NCBI GenBank assembly: GCA_043738115.1
Contig: JAYSZJ010000036.1
Coordinates: 23,996-87,995, forward strand
Direction of reading: 5' to 3'
Origin: Rhodoferax sp.
GTDB taxonomy: Bacteria; Pseudomonadota; Gammaproteobacteria; Burkholderiales; Burkholderiaceae_C
Length of the DNA stretch: 64,000 nt
Position numbers and translations under genes: made by a program
Part shown: piece by piece, positions 21,369 to 31,232 of the stretch
Numbering within the stretch: position 1 is the stretch's first letter
How the letters are laid out: each line of letters opens with the position of its first letter
The notes under the pieces: generated by a model
Databases searched by the model: none
Seen by the model: only the letters and a program-made list of their open reading frames with translations
What the model was told of the DNA's origin: nothing

Positions 21369-22156
21369 ACCAGCTCCAGACCTGCAACACGGGGGAAGGC
21401 CAGCTTGACAAAGGCATCTTCAAACCGGGTTTCACCCGCCTGCTCCAGCAGTTCCTCCACCGTTCCCTGGGCCACGCTGCGGCCCTGGGCCACCACCACG
21501 ACGTGTTCACACAGCTGCTCCACCTCTTGCATGATGTGGGTGGAAAACACGATGCATTTGCTGCCGCCCGCGGGCGAGCGCAGGTGGCGCAGGGCTTCGC
21601 GCAGCGAACGGGTGGCCAGCACATCAAGCCCATTCGTAGGCTCGTCCAACACGATATTGGCCGGATCGTGCACCAGCGCACGGGCGAGCGCGGTCTTCAT
21701 ACGTTCCCCCTGGCTGAAGCCCTCCGCCCGCCGGTCCAGGATCGTTGCCATGTCCAGCAGGCGGGACAACTCTTCAGCGCGGGCGCTAGCCGCGTCTGCT
21801 TCCATGCCCTGCAGGCGCCCGAAGTAGATGATGTTTTCGCGGGCCGACAGGCGTGGGTACAGACCATGGGCATCACCCAAAATGCCCATGCGCGCCAAGG
21901 CTTGGCGCGGCGCCTGTTCCACGGAAATCCCGTCCACCGTGATGCTGCCGCCATCGGGTTTAAACAGCCCCCCCAGCATGCGCAGCGTGGTGGTCTTGCC
22001 CGCACCGTTGGCACCCAACAGGCCGGTGATACGGCCACTGGCTGCGTGCACGGTCACGCCTTGCACGGCATGCACGACCTGGGACTTGGCCCGCTTGAAC
22101 AGCGAACCGCCTGAGCGTGACACAAAGTGCTTGTTGACGTTGTTAATGAGGATCAT
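21365..22156 (-). CDS. ABC transporter ATP-binding protein (NatA-like)
   Basis: GANGAGKTT, FSQGERMK, LDEPTNGLD; ATGA overlaps with both neighbours. Confidence 0.92.
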   Translation of the reverse strand: MILINNVNKHFVSRSGGSLFKRAKSQVVHAVQGVTVHAASGRITGLLGANGAGKTTTLRMLGGLFKPDGGSITVDGISVEQAPRQALARMGILGDAHGLYPRLSARENIIYFGRLQGMEADAASARAEELSRLLDMATILDRRAEGFSQGERMKTALARALVHDPANIVLDEPTNGLDVLATRSLREALRHLRSPAGGSKCIVFSTHIMQEVEQLCEHVVVVAQGRSVAQGTVEELLEQAGETRFEDAFVKLAFPRVAGLELV

Positions 22157-23754
22157 GGCTTGGCCACTCCCTTGGATGCAAGTGGCACTGCAGCACCGGG
22201 CATGCTGGGCTGCGCTGGCACAAACACGCTGGGGCGGGGGATCCTGGTGGCGCACGTGGCGTCTTGCGGCACTGCGGATGTGGGGAGCTTGGCATCAATG
22301 AAGCGGAACAACACCTCGTTCATGCAACCCACGGCCGCCACGCCATGGCCTGCCTGCGGCACCACAATGTGTTGCACCAGGGATTTGTCCTGTGCGCCCA
22401 GCGCCTGGGCTACACGCTCGCCATGGCGTGGTGGCGTGGCGGGGTCAGCCCCGCCGCTGAGCACCAACACGGGTGAGCGGCTGGCTCCCACGGCGTAAAA
22501 CGTTGGCGGCACAGCGCCCCTGGGCCAGTTTTGGCAAGCCTGCGCATAAAAGCTGGCGTCCGCACTGCCAAAGTCCACACCCGGCTTGTCGGTTGCAGCG
22601 GCCAGGCGCGGCACATCCTCGGCACACACCACCGAGAAATGCATGCCCATGGCCAGGCGCATGGCCTTGCGGGTACCCAGCGCGCCGGCCAGGCCCAACA
22701 GACCCTCAAAACGCCCCTGGCTGGCCGCGGCGTGTATGGCGGCGGGCAAGGCGGCGGTCAGCGCGGGCACATACAGCGGCGTGCGTACGCTGCGCAGCAG
22801 CAGATCGCGCGTCAGTGTGAAACGCTCTGGCAAACCAGTGACCGGGTGGTTGACACTGACTTCGCGCGGCAGGCCTTGCAGCAGTGCCGCCCATTGTTGG
22901 CGCAGCTTGGGGTATTGCGCTGCACACACCGTATCTTGTTCACAAGCCAATAGGCTTGCATCCAGTGCGGCCTGGCCATCGGCGGAGAAGCTGGCCGGCA
23001 GCACCATGTCGGGCGGTGCGACACCGTCCAGCACCATGCGGCGCACCTGGCCGGGGTACTGGCGCTGGTACTCCAGCGCGGCGCGGGTGCCGTAGGAGGC
23101 GCCGACCAGGTTCCATTGCGGCGCACCCAACTGCTGGCGCACGGCCTCGAAGTCCTGCATGGCGATAGTGGTCGTGTAGAAACGCAGATCACCGTGTGGC
23201 AGCCCCATCAGCGTTGCACGACATGCATCCAGCCTGCGGGCCTGCGCGGCCGGATCCAGCGCCTCCAACAAGGGCAGCTTGCTCTCGTCTTCACACTGCA
23301 GCGGGGCCGATTTGCCAGTGCCGCGCTGGTCGATAAAGACCAGATCGCGGCGGTAGTTCAGCCGTGTCAGTCGGGACAGCATGGCCGGGGCCACGCCAAT
23401 GGCGCTTTGGCCGGGTCCACCGGCCAACATCAGCACCGGATCGGGTTGTTTGTTGCGTGCCATGGCGGGCACGACCAGGTAATGCACATCGATCTGCACG
23501 CCGTGTGGTTGCGCCGGGTCCAGCGGGCGGCGGACTACACCACATAACAACTCATTCGGCAGGCCTTCTACCCGACAGGCCTTTATACCGGGCGCCGTAG
23601 TTGTCGTCGCTGCGGATACGCTACCGATCAAGCATGCCAGCGCCGCGAGAACCTTGGACAGGCCTCGACGCCGGGTGGGGGTAAAGAAGAATTTGGGTTG
23701 GGTCTGGCGTCGTGGCATGTACGTCCTGCGATGGCGTTTGCAAAGGCTCGCCAT
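22153..23754 (-). CDS. Secreted alpha/beta hydrolase, TAP-like peptidase (start uncertain)
   Basis: LAGGPGQS, DQRGTGKS, GASYGT nucleophile, DPATP, GHG. Confidence 0.88.
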   Translation of the reverse strand: MASLCKRHRRTYMPRRQTQPKFFFTPTRRRGLSKVLAALACLIGSVSAATTTTAPGIKACRVEGLPNELLCGVVRRPLDPAQPHGVQIDVHYLVVPAMARNKQPDPVLMLAGGPGQSAIGVAPAMLSRLTRLNYRRDLVFIDQRGTGKSAPLQCEDESKLPLLEALDPAAQARRLDACRATLMGLPHGDLRFYTTTIAMQDFEAVRQQLGAPQWNLVGASYGTRAALEYQRQYPGQVRRMVLDGVAPPDMVLPASFSADGQAALDASLLACEQDTVCAAQYPKLRQQWAALLQGLPREVSVNHPVTGLPERFTLTRDLLLRSVRTPLYVPALTAALPAAIHAAASQGRFEGLLGLAGALGTRKAMRLAMGMHFSVVCAEDVPRLAAATDKPGVDFGSADASFYAQACQNWPRGAVPPTFYAVGASRSPVLVLSGGADPATPPRHGERVAQALGAQDKSLVQHIVVPQAGHGVAAVGCMNEVLFRFIDAKLPTSAVPQDATCATRIPRPSVFVPAQPSMPGAAVPLASKGVAKP

Positions 23755-23779
23755 TATGGGGCGCGCCTCACGCCGGTCG

Positions 23780-25021
23780 TCATGTCAATTCATCGAACAG
23801 GGATGCATTAATGGGGTGATTCAATGCCCATTTTTCACGCCAGCCCTTGACCCATGCGATCACATCCTCAGAGGGCATAGGCCGCGCGATGAAGTAGCCC
23901 TGCGCCAGATCACAACCGGTATTCTGTAAAAAGTCCCAGTCGGCCTGGTCTTCCACACCTTCGGCGACAACCTCCATACCCAGCTCCTTGGCCAGTCTCA
24001 AGCTGGCATAAAAGATGGCACGCATGGTTTCGTTGCTGTGCGCGCCATGGACAAAACTCTGATCTATCTTGAGCTCGTCAAACGGCACATCACGCAGTTG
24101 CGCCAAAGATGAATGCCCAGTGCCAAAGTCGTCTATGGACAGCTTGAAACGGCGCATGCGCAAGCGCGTCAGTATCTCCAGCGGAGCCCGCAAGTCTTTC
24201 ATCAACTGGCTTTCTGTCACCTCCAGCACGATGGACTGCGACGCCACTGCCGCAGTGGCAGCAGCCGACGTGACCCGCTCCGGAAACTCCAGCGCGGTCA
24301 GGTTATCCATGGACACGTTGACCGCCACCTTGAGTTTCAGGCCCTCGCGCAGCCACGCTGCAGTATCGCGCAGAGCCTGGGTCAACACCACGCCGGTCAG
24401 CGCATCTATCAGGCCATGCGCCTCAGCCAAGCCAATGAAATGGTCAGGGAACACCATGCCATCTTGCGGATGGCGCCAACGCACCAGGGTTTCCACGCCA
24501 ATGACATCACCCGTGGCAACCGACACCTTGGGTTGGTAGTGGTTCAGCAACTCACCTTGCTCGATCGCCTGGGACAACCGCTCCGCGCCGTAACCCTTGC
24601 CGGGCAAACGCTTGGCCGCCTGTGCGTGCGGCGCCCAGGCAGCCACCAACTGAGACAGGGACTGCGGCGAAACCGGTTTTTGCAAACTGCCTAGAACCTC
24701 GATGTGGTGGGCCTGCACCAGTTTGCGCGCCGACTGCAGGGTGCGTTCGTCCTCTCCACTGACCAGAATCAGGCTGCCGGCGTATCCATGCTCCACCAGT
24801 TTTCGCACAAACTCCACACCATCCATGCCAGGCATGTTCAGGTCACACAAAATGAGTTGCGGCACATGCAGTGGGTCGTCCACCAGGCCCAGCGCGGTTT
24901 GGCCGTTGTCGCACGTGGTCACATCGGTGAAACCCAGGTTGGCCAGTTGGCGGGCCAGCAACATGAGCATGAAGGGCTCGTCATCAAGCACCAGAATGTG
25001 GATGTCGGACTTCGCGCTCAT
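23780..25021 (-). CDS. REC-EAL response regulator (c-di-GMP phosphodiesterase; ETL variant)
   Basis: LDDE...CDLNMPGMDG receiver; ETLVRW, DDFGTG, EGVE. Confidence 0.92.
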   Translation of the reverse strand: MSAKSDIHILVLDDEPFMLMLLARQLANLGFTDVTTCDNGQTALGLVDDPLHVPQLILCDLNMPGMDGVEFVRKLVEHGYAGSLILVSGEDERTLQSARKLVQAHHIEVLGSLQKPVSPQSLSQLVAAWAPHAQAAKRLPGKGYGAERLSQAIEQGELLNHYQPKVSVATGDVIGVETLVRWRHPQDGMVFPDHFIGLAEAHGLIDALTGVVLTQALRDTAAWLREGLKLKVAVNVSMDNLTALEFPERVTSAAATAAVASQSIVLEVTESQLMKDLRAPLEILTRLRMRRFKLSIDDFGTGHSSLAQLRDVPFDELKIDQSFVHGAHSNETMRAIFYASLRLAKELGMEVVAEGVEDQADWDFLQNTGCDLAQGYFIARPMPSEDVIAWVKGWREKWALNHPINASLFDELT

Positions 25022-28000
25022 GGCTTGTCGTCCTGTACACCATCGTCGGCCAGGAGCACGGCTAGCTGCCGCCCGACGGTGGTCATCTCCAGCTTGAAGT
25101 GTTCAAACGCCAGCGCCAGGGCATCGATCTGGCCTGCTGCGCCCACCTGCTCCATATCCGCACACAGGTCACCCAGCGCCATGGCACCCACCGAGCGCGC
25201 GGCAGATTTAAGCTTGTGGACCGCCGCCACGGTTTTGGCGGCGCTACCTGCGCAATAGGCCTGTTCGACCTCTTGCGCAATACGTGCGGCGCTGCTGCGA
25301 AAGGCGCGCAAAAACTCGCGTATCAACTGCGGGTCGTCCCCCACCAAACTGCGCAACACCTGGACATCGACCGGCGAGGTAGTGGTGTTCATTGGACTGC
25401 CACAGCTGTCAAATTGTGCCGACGCGCCCTCCAAAGGCGTGGGCTTGGGCAGCCAGCGTTCCAACAGGGCCTGCAGCTCCGACAACGGGGCGGGCTTGCT
25501 CAGATAGTCGTCCATGCCCGCAGCCCGGCAACGCTCGGCCTCCGACTTGAGTGCATTGGCCGTGAGTGCCAGTATGCGCACCGGTGCTTCCACCGTTTCC
25601 CCGGCATGGATGCGGGCATTGGCTCGCTCACACTCCTCAGCGCGGATCACAGAGGCCAGTTGGTAGCCATCCATGCCCGGCATGTGCAGGTCGGTGACGA
25701 TCAGCGCATAGTCACCGGTGCGCCAGCGTATGAGGGCCTGCAGGCCGTCACCCGTCAGGTCGGCAGTGAGACCCAGCAGCGCGAGTTGCTGCATGATGAC
25801 TTTTTGGTTGATGTCGTTGTCCTCCACGACCATGATCAGGCGGCGCTGGCGGCGCGCCTCTTCGCGGGACAATGCAATAGGGATGGGGGCATAGCGATTA
25901 GGTGCCGATTCATGCTGATCGTCGTGGTACGGCACCCGGCCCGCAGCAACTGCCACCGCTCGCAGCATCGCACCCCGGGTCAAGACGTTGCCGTCCACGG
26001 TTACCCGGTCTGCATCAAACTGCTGCGGATAGCGGTGCGGGCCGCGGCCGATCACCACGTAGCGGACATCCAGCCCCGGATTGGAGCGCGCGATGTTGCG
26101 CAGGGTTTCAAGCGACGCGGGGGCGTCGGCCTCGGTGTTCACGATCCAGACCCAGCAGCCCGCGGCCAGCGTCGGCACCAACTGGCGGGCAGCTTCCAGG
26201 TTCACCACCTGCTGCGTATGGGCACCTGCGTTGACCAGATAGGCCTCCAGGTCGCCAGACAGAGTTTCCCCTTTGCCAAAGATGAGGCAGTACAAGCCCT
26301 CCACCAAAGACGGAGTTGTTTGCGCATCTGCAAGCTCGACAGGCACCACAAAGGGCAAGCGCAACGTAAAGGTGGAGCCTTCAGCCGGCTTGCTCACCAC
26401 GGAAATGGTACCGCCCATGCGCTGGGCCAGACTGCTGGAGATGGCCAAGCCCAGGCCCGTGCCACCAAAGCGCCGGGTGGTAGATACATCGGCCTGCGTA
26501 AAGGCGGTGAACAGGCGCGACAGCGTCTCTTCCCCCATGCCGATGCCGTTGTCCATGACCTGAAACTCCACGACAACTTGTCCAGTCTGCTGCTGCACCA
26601 GCACCGCCCGCACTGCCACATGCCCGGCACGGCTGCCTCCAGCTGAAAACTTGACCGCGTTGTTGACGAGGTTGATCAGTATCTGGCGCACGCGCAAGGC
26701 ATCACCCAGAACAGTATTGGGAATTGCTGGGTCGGTAAACAGCGTCAGCTCAACGTCCTGCTTCTCAGCCAGGCGATTGAGCATGGCGCACACCTTTTCC
26801 ACCACTTCGGACAATGCCACCGGCTCTCGTTCGACCTCCAGGTGGCCGGCCTCGATTTTGGAGAAATCCAGAATGTCTTCAATGATGCTCAACAGCGAAA
26901 AGGCCGACTCGCGGATCAGGTCCACCATGGCTATTTGGTGGGTCTTGAGGCTGGAGCGGGCCAACACATCGATCATGCCAATCACGCCGTTCATGGGTGT
27001 ACGGATTTCATGGCTCATGGCCGCCAAAAAATTGGATTTGGCCTGGGCTGCAGCATTGGCTTCGTTGCGTGCCAGTTCCAACTCTGCACTGCGGTGTCGC
27101 TCCCGTGCATTGGCACCCGCCAGATCGGCATACAGGCGGCCGTTCTCCAGCAGCAGCACGATCAGCACAAAGGACGATGCCAACAGCCCGTAAATGCGAC
27201 CGCCATAAAAACCAAGGTCGAAGCGCGCGCCGTTCAACACCGCAGCGAGCGCGATGTCCAGCAACCAGGCCACCAACGTCACCATGAGCCAAAGGTCCAG
27301 CACACTGCGTGCGCGCCGCCACAGGTGCAGCAGTACCAACAGCGACACGGCCCACGTGCTACACGCCACCAGCAACTTGCCAGAATCGTCACGGTTACCG
27401 CGCATGAGGACGGGCAGCGCATCGTGCCCGGTGGTGGTCAGCAGCAACAGTGCCCCGGCCAGCGCTATCGTGCCAAAGATGGCGAGCGAAATGGAACGGC
27501 TGGCCGATCCAGCTGCACGCGCCTTGGCCGCGGCATCCGCACCGGCCTGATCCTTGGTCTGAATGTAGGCAAGAATGAAGAGCGGAAAGCCAGCATGCCA
27601 CAAGAAGTACAACCAAGCGGTGGTTTGCGGCCCGCCACCCAGCACACCTGTGGGCGCAAAAAGCCCAGGAAAACTCAAACCATGCGCAACTGCCATACAG
27701 GCGCAAAAAAGGTAACCCGCGCCCAGTACCAGCAGAGCGCGCGAGCGCAGAAAGCTGTACTGTCCCAGCAGCAATACTGCCGTGATCAGGTCATTGGTGA
27801 CCAAAGCAGATTGGTAAACAGGGATAAAGGCAGGCACCGGCGGTAACGCCGTACGTGCAAACGGTGCAGCCGCCAGAAAGATCAGGAAGGACGCAAACAG
27901 TGCCGTACCAGCCATGCGTCGGTGGCGTGAATCTGCCGCCAGCGTGGACAAGAACTCCGAACTGTTATCGGAAGGAATAACCAAAGAATGCGCAATGCCC

Positions 28001-28023
28001 AACGCAGCCCTCCCCCTCTGCAA
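25018..28023 (-). CDS. Hybrid sensor kinase: membrane sensor (MASE4-like), HisKA, HATPase, REC, Hpt (start uncertain)
   Basis: Multi-TM N-terminus, FLAAMSHEIRTPMNG, GGTGLGL, TDLHMPGMDG, HKLKSAARSVGA. Confidence 0.9.
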   Translation of the reverse strand: MQRGRAALGIAHSLVIPSDNSSEFLSTLAADSRHRRMAGTALFASFLIFLAAAPFARTALPPVPAFIPVYQSALVTNDLITAVLLLGQYSFLRSRALLVLGAGYLFCACMAVAHGLSFPGLFAPTGVLGGGPQTTAWLYFLWHAGFPLFILAYIQTKDQAGADAAAKARAAGSASRSISLAIFGTIALAGALLLLTTTGHDALPVLMRGNRDDSGKLLVACSTWAVSLLVLLHLWRRARSVLDLWLMVTLVAWLLDIALAAVLNGARFDLGFYGGRIYGLLASSFVLIVLLLENGRLYADLAGANARERHRSAELELARNEANAAAQAKSNFLAAMSHEIRTPMNGVIGMIDVLARSSLKTHQIAMVDLIRESAFSLLSIIEDILDFSKIEAGHLEVEREPVALSEVVEKVCAMLNRLAEKQDVELTLFTDPAIPNTVLGDALRVRQILINLVNNAVKFSAGGSRAGHVAVRAVLVQQQTGQVVVEFQVMDNGIGMGEETLSRLFTAFTQADVSTTRRFGGTGLGLAISSSLAQRMGGTISVVSKPAEGSTFTLRLPFVVPVELADAQTTPSLVEGLYCLIFGKGETLSGDLEAYLVNAGAHTQQVVNLEAARQLVPTLAAGCWVWIVNTEADAPASLETLRNIARSNPGLDVRYVVIGRGPHRYPQQFDADRVTVDGNVLTRGAMLRAVAVAAGRVPYHDDQHESAPNRYAPIPIALSREEARRQRRLIMVVEDNDINQKVIMQQLALLGLTADLTGDGLQALIRWRTGDYALIVTDLHMPGMDGYQLASVIRAEECERANARIHAGETVEAPVRILALTANALKSEAERCRAAGMDDYLSKPAPLSELQALLERWLPKPTPLEGASAQFDSCGSPMNTTTSPVDVQVLRSLVGDDPQLIREFLRAFRSSAARIAQEVEQAYCAGSAAKTVAAVHKLKSAARSVGAMALGDLCADMEQVGAAGQIDALALAFEHFKLEMTTVGRQLAVLLADDGVQDDKP

Positions 28024-28177
28024 TCAAGTTTCGCCGCCGCCTATACCTCTAAGTGGGTCTTCGCGAACGCCGTGTTGGTTCAAACCTATGACCAACGCCA
28101 CTAACTCAGCTTAATACAACTATTACCACCGGGCAAGGAAAATAAACGCGCGTGATCGGGCCATCAGATGCCTGGTT

Positions 28178-28933
28178 CTACCTGCCCAGCTGAAGCAAAT
28201 ATCCGTTGCCCAGTCTGGTCTTGAAGATCCTGACCAGTTCACCATTCTTTTGTAAGTCCTGCAGTCCGCGCACCAGCCTCATCCCCAGCTCGGGAGGCAA
28301 GTTCTGTGACAGCATCAACCACACCGGCTTGGATGCAAGCACGACACGCTGAGCTTCTGAAAAACTAGTCTCCAATCCGGCGCTGGTCAGCGCATCCAGC
28401 AAGGATTCGGTGACGGTGCAAAAGCCGTCAATACGCTGCGCCTGCAACATGCGTACCCCCGACTCCTGCGATGACAACTCCTGAAACCGCCAGGCCACGG
28501 AACGGTCATCACTTAACTCCTGGCAGCCGCCATTCATGCGCCCCAGGTCCAGCGCGTGCAGGTCGGCGCGTCTGGACACCCGCAAACCCGGCCGCATTTG
28601 CACAATCTGCTGGGTGTAGAACGCCACCTGGGCCTCTACAGCCTTGCCGTGCGTGAATGCGGTTCTAAACATCAACGTGGTATCTGCGGCACCCGACGCA
28701 ACCAAAGCTGCAGCCCGGGCAAAGGGAACCACTTCGACGCGGATGTCCAACCCAGTCTGCCTTGCCAAGGCCGCCGCAATATCAGGGTAAAGCCCCTGCG
28801 CTTGCCCTTCGGGGTCTACCCATCCGAATGGCTTGGATTGCACGATGGGCATGTAAATGCTGCGCTCGGCAGCCGCCAAAGGCAGATAAACCGCCAGAGC
28901 GCACCACGCAAGCAAGATCTTGAGCGAAGACAT
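28178..28933 (-). CDS. Orphan periplasmic substrate-binding protein (family 3-like)
   Basis: Signal peptide MSSLKILLAWC..., PFGW...GLYPDI, VVPFARA. Confidence 0.75.
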   Translation of the reverse strand: MSSLKILLAWCALAVYLPLAAAERSIYMPIVQSKPFGWVDPEGQAQGLYPDIAAALARQTGLDIRVEVVPFARAAALVASGAADTTLMFRTAFTHGKAVEAQVAFYTQQIVQMRPGLRVSRRADLHALDLGRMNGGCQELSDDRSVAWRFQELSSQESGVRMLQAQRIDGFCTVTESLLDALTSAGLETSFSEAQRVVLASKPVWLMLSQNLPPELGMRLVRGLQDLQKNGELVRIFKTRLGNGYLLQLGR

Positions 28934-29145
28934 GCATTTCCTGTTGAAGGAATCAACCAGGGCAGCAGTGTTGTGGGCAGGCATGTTGCGGAGATCGTAG
29001 TGCATTTGCCGCCCTGAGCCCTTGATCCATCACAACTGCATGCTGTAAACGGCGAAAAACATCCCGTAGACGAGCCTTATACTGAACAGCTCGTTGAAAA
29101 AACGTATTCAAATGTGTACAAGAATGCCGACGAGCGTAAGGTTTT

Positions 29146-30246
29146 ATGATGCCCACCCCTAATTCACTGGAATCGCCAGAGCGCGACCTCACTGACGCGA
29201 GCTTGCGCGATGAACGCGAAAAAGCAGACCGGGAGATGATGGTCAGCCGGATGGCCGTAGAAAAGGACGCTGACGCGGTTGTCGAACACGCACGCGAGAA
29301 CGCCGACGCTGTTATGGTTGCGGCGCGCGAAAAGGCCGATGAGAAGGTGGAAAGCTCAACGCCGTTGCAAGCCCAATCTGCCATCGAATTGGATCGAAAA
29401 GTCGAAGACCAGGCCTTGCGTGAGGAACGTGCCGAGGCCGATGAAAGTGTGCGACGCGAGCGCGAGGCCAAGACCCGCCTGCTGAGGCGTCTGTTGCCCA
29501 TGGAGCGCGACGCGACCGATCAATACCTGCTAACGGAGCGCGCCCGTTCCGATGATGCGCTGGCAACCCGAGACGACTTCCTTGGCATGGTTTCCCATGA
29601 CCTGCGCGATCTGCTGAACGGCATCGTGGTGAGTTCTCAGTTCCTCGCCCAAAAGCTCCAGAAGCACAGTGACAACGATCAGCTGTTGATGGAGACCGCA
29701 CGCATCGAGCGTTACGGCGCGCGCATGAACCGGCTCATCGGCGACCTGGTGGATGTCGCCAGCATCGACTCGGGCAAACTGGCCATGCATGCCACTCCGG
29801 GTGACGCAACCTCCCTAGTGACCGAGGCGGTAGATGCACTCCAGGTGTCGGCATCGGCAAGGGGCGTGTCTCTCGAAGTACATCCTGCGCAAGGGCCTTG
29901 TGCAGCAGAATTCGATCACGATCGTATGCTGCAGGTACTCGCAAACCTGATCGCCAATTCGATCAAGTTCACACCCAAGGGTGGCAGTATCCGCGTGCAC
30001 TGCAAAACCGCAGGTGCATGGCTGGAGTTCTGTGTGGACGACACGGGAGAAGGCATCCCAATGGCCATGCTGGAAGCCGTGTTTGAGCGGTTCTGGCAGG
30101 TCGGCAAAAATGATCGGCGCGGGCTGGGCTTGGGCCTGTATATCTCGCGGTGCATCGTGGAAGCCCATGGCGGCAACATTCGGGCTGAAAGCAGCCCAGG
30201 CAAGGGAACGCGAATGCTCTTCACCCTGCCCATCAGCGCCCGTTAG
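29146..30246 (+). CDS. Cytoplasmic sensor histidine kinase with a charged coiled-coil N-terminus
   Basis: VSHDLR, NLIANSIKFT, DTGEGI, GLGLGL; no transmembrane segment. Confidence 0.88.
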   Translation: MMPTPNSLESPERDLTDASLRDEREKADREMMVSRMAVEKDADAVVEHARENADAVMVAAREKADEKVESSTPLQAQSAIELDRKVEDQALREERAEADESVRREREAKTRLLRRLLPMERDATDQYLLTERARSDDALATRDDFLGMVSHDLRDLLNGIVVSSQFLAQKLQKHSDNDQLLMETARIERYGARMNRLIGDLVDVASIDSGKLAMHATPGDATSLVTEAVDALQVSASARGVSLEVHPAQGPCAAEFDHDRMLQVLANLIANSIKFTPKGGSIRVHCKTAGAWLEFCVDDTGEGIPMAMLEAVFERFWQVGKNDRRGLGLGLYISRCIVEAHGGNIRAESSPGKGTRMLFTLPISAR

Positions 30247-30518
30247 GTACCGACCTTGGACTCAGCTGCCTCCTTGATGCGGCCTTCATAACTGGTGGTA
30301 AGGCGGCCCAGGCCGACACGGTGCCGTTCGGCATACAACAAGCCGAGTCAACTCCTACATGCTAGAACCATTGCGTCTGTGCGCTCTAGCACAGATGCGC
30401 AATTGCGCAATTGCCTCCCACTGTATTACAGCGCACGGAACAATTCGTCACAAAAAAATATGCTGACAGCGAGCAGTGCATTTTCATTGCTCGTGGTTCG
30501 TCCTTAAAGGAGTTATTT

Positions 30519-31172
30519 ATGAAATTTTCAACACAACTGGCGGCGGCTGCATTCGCCATAACAGGCGCCGTCAGTGGAGCGCAGGCAACTGCGCTGATCA
30601 TGAACACGCCCACCGGATCAGTCGATGTGACCGGTTCATTTTTTGGAGGTACCCTGCTCAACTCGGCTAGCACCAACATCAACAATTTAAGCTATCAGGG
30701 CATCGCACGTACTGCCGTGTACGACACAGGAACTGGACTGGATTTCTATTACCAATTCTCCAACTCTTCCGCGTCGACCAATGGCGTGGAGCGCTTTTCA
30801 GCCTGGGACTTCAGCGCACTCGGTAACAGTGCAGTGAGCGTGTTCCAAATCAATACGGGAAATGGGTTCTTTACTGCAGGATCAGAGCCTTCAGACTATG
30901 CAGACCGCGGTCCTTTTGGTGTGATTGGTTTCAACTTCGTCGCGGACGGAAATTCCAAGATCAATCCTGGCACAACCAGTTTTGTCCAGGTGATTCGTAC
31001 CAACGCACGCAACTATAAGGCGGGCAACTTCGGCCTGCTAAACGGCATTGGTGACAACGCTATTGGTTATGGCGTGTCTGCGGTACCAGAACCCGAAAGC
31101 TTTGCCATGATGTTGGCCGGTTTAGGGTTGATGGCTGCGATCGCACGCCGCCGCAAATCCAGAGCCGCCTGA
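30519..31172 (+). CDS. PEP-CTERM sorting-domain protein
   Basis: SD AAGGAG, signal peptide MKFSTQ..AQA, C-terminal VPEPESFAMMLAGLGLMAAIARRRK. Confidence 0.9.
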   Translation: MKFSTQLAAAAFAITGAVSGAQATALIMNTPTGSVDVTGSFFGGTLLNSASTNINNLSYQGIARTAVYDTGTGLDFYYQFSNSSASTNGVERFSAWDFSALGNSAVSVFQINTGNGFFTAGSEPSDYADRGPFGVIGFNFVADGNSKINPGTTSFVQVIRTNARNYKAGNFGLLNGIGDNAIGYGVSAVPEPESFAMMLAGLGLMAAIARRRKSRAA

Positions 31173-31232
31173 ACTTCAGGACCAGTATCGAGCGGAAGCG
31201 CGTATGCCTCCGCTTTTGCCCACGAAAGGGCC

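Noticed and set aside
30250-30370. Gene remnant on the minus strand after the kinase (LLYAERHRVGLGRLTTSYEGRIKE...)
   Set aside because: Looks coding but I cannot match it to any family or to a gene in the window; an alternative frame is equally plausible.
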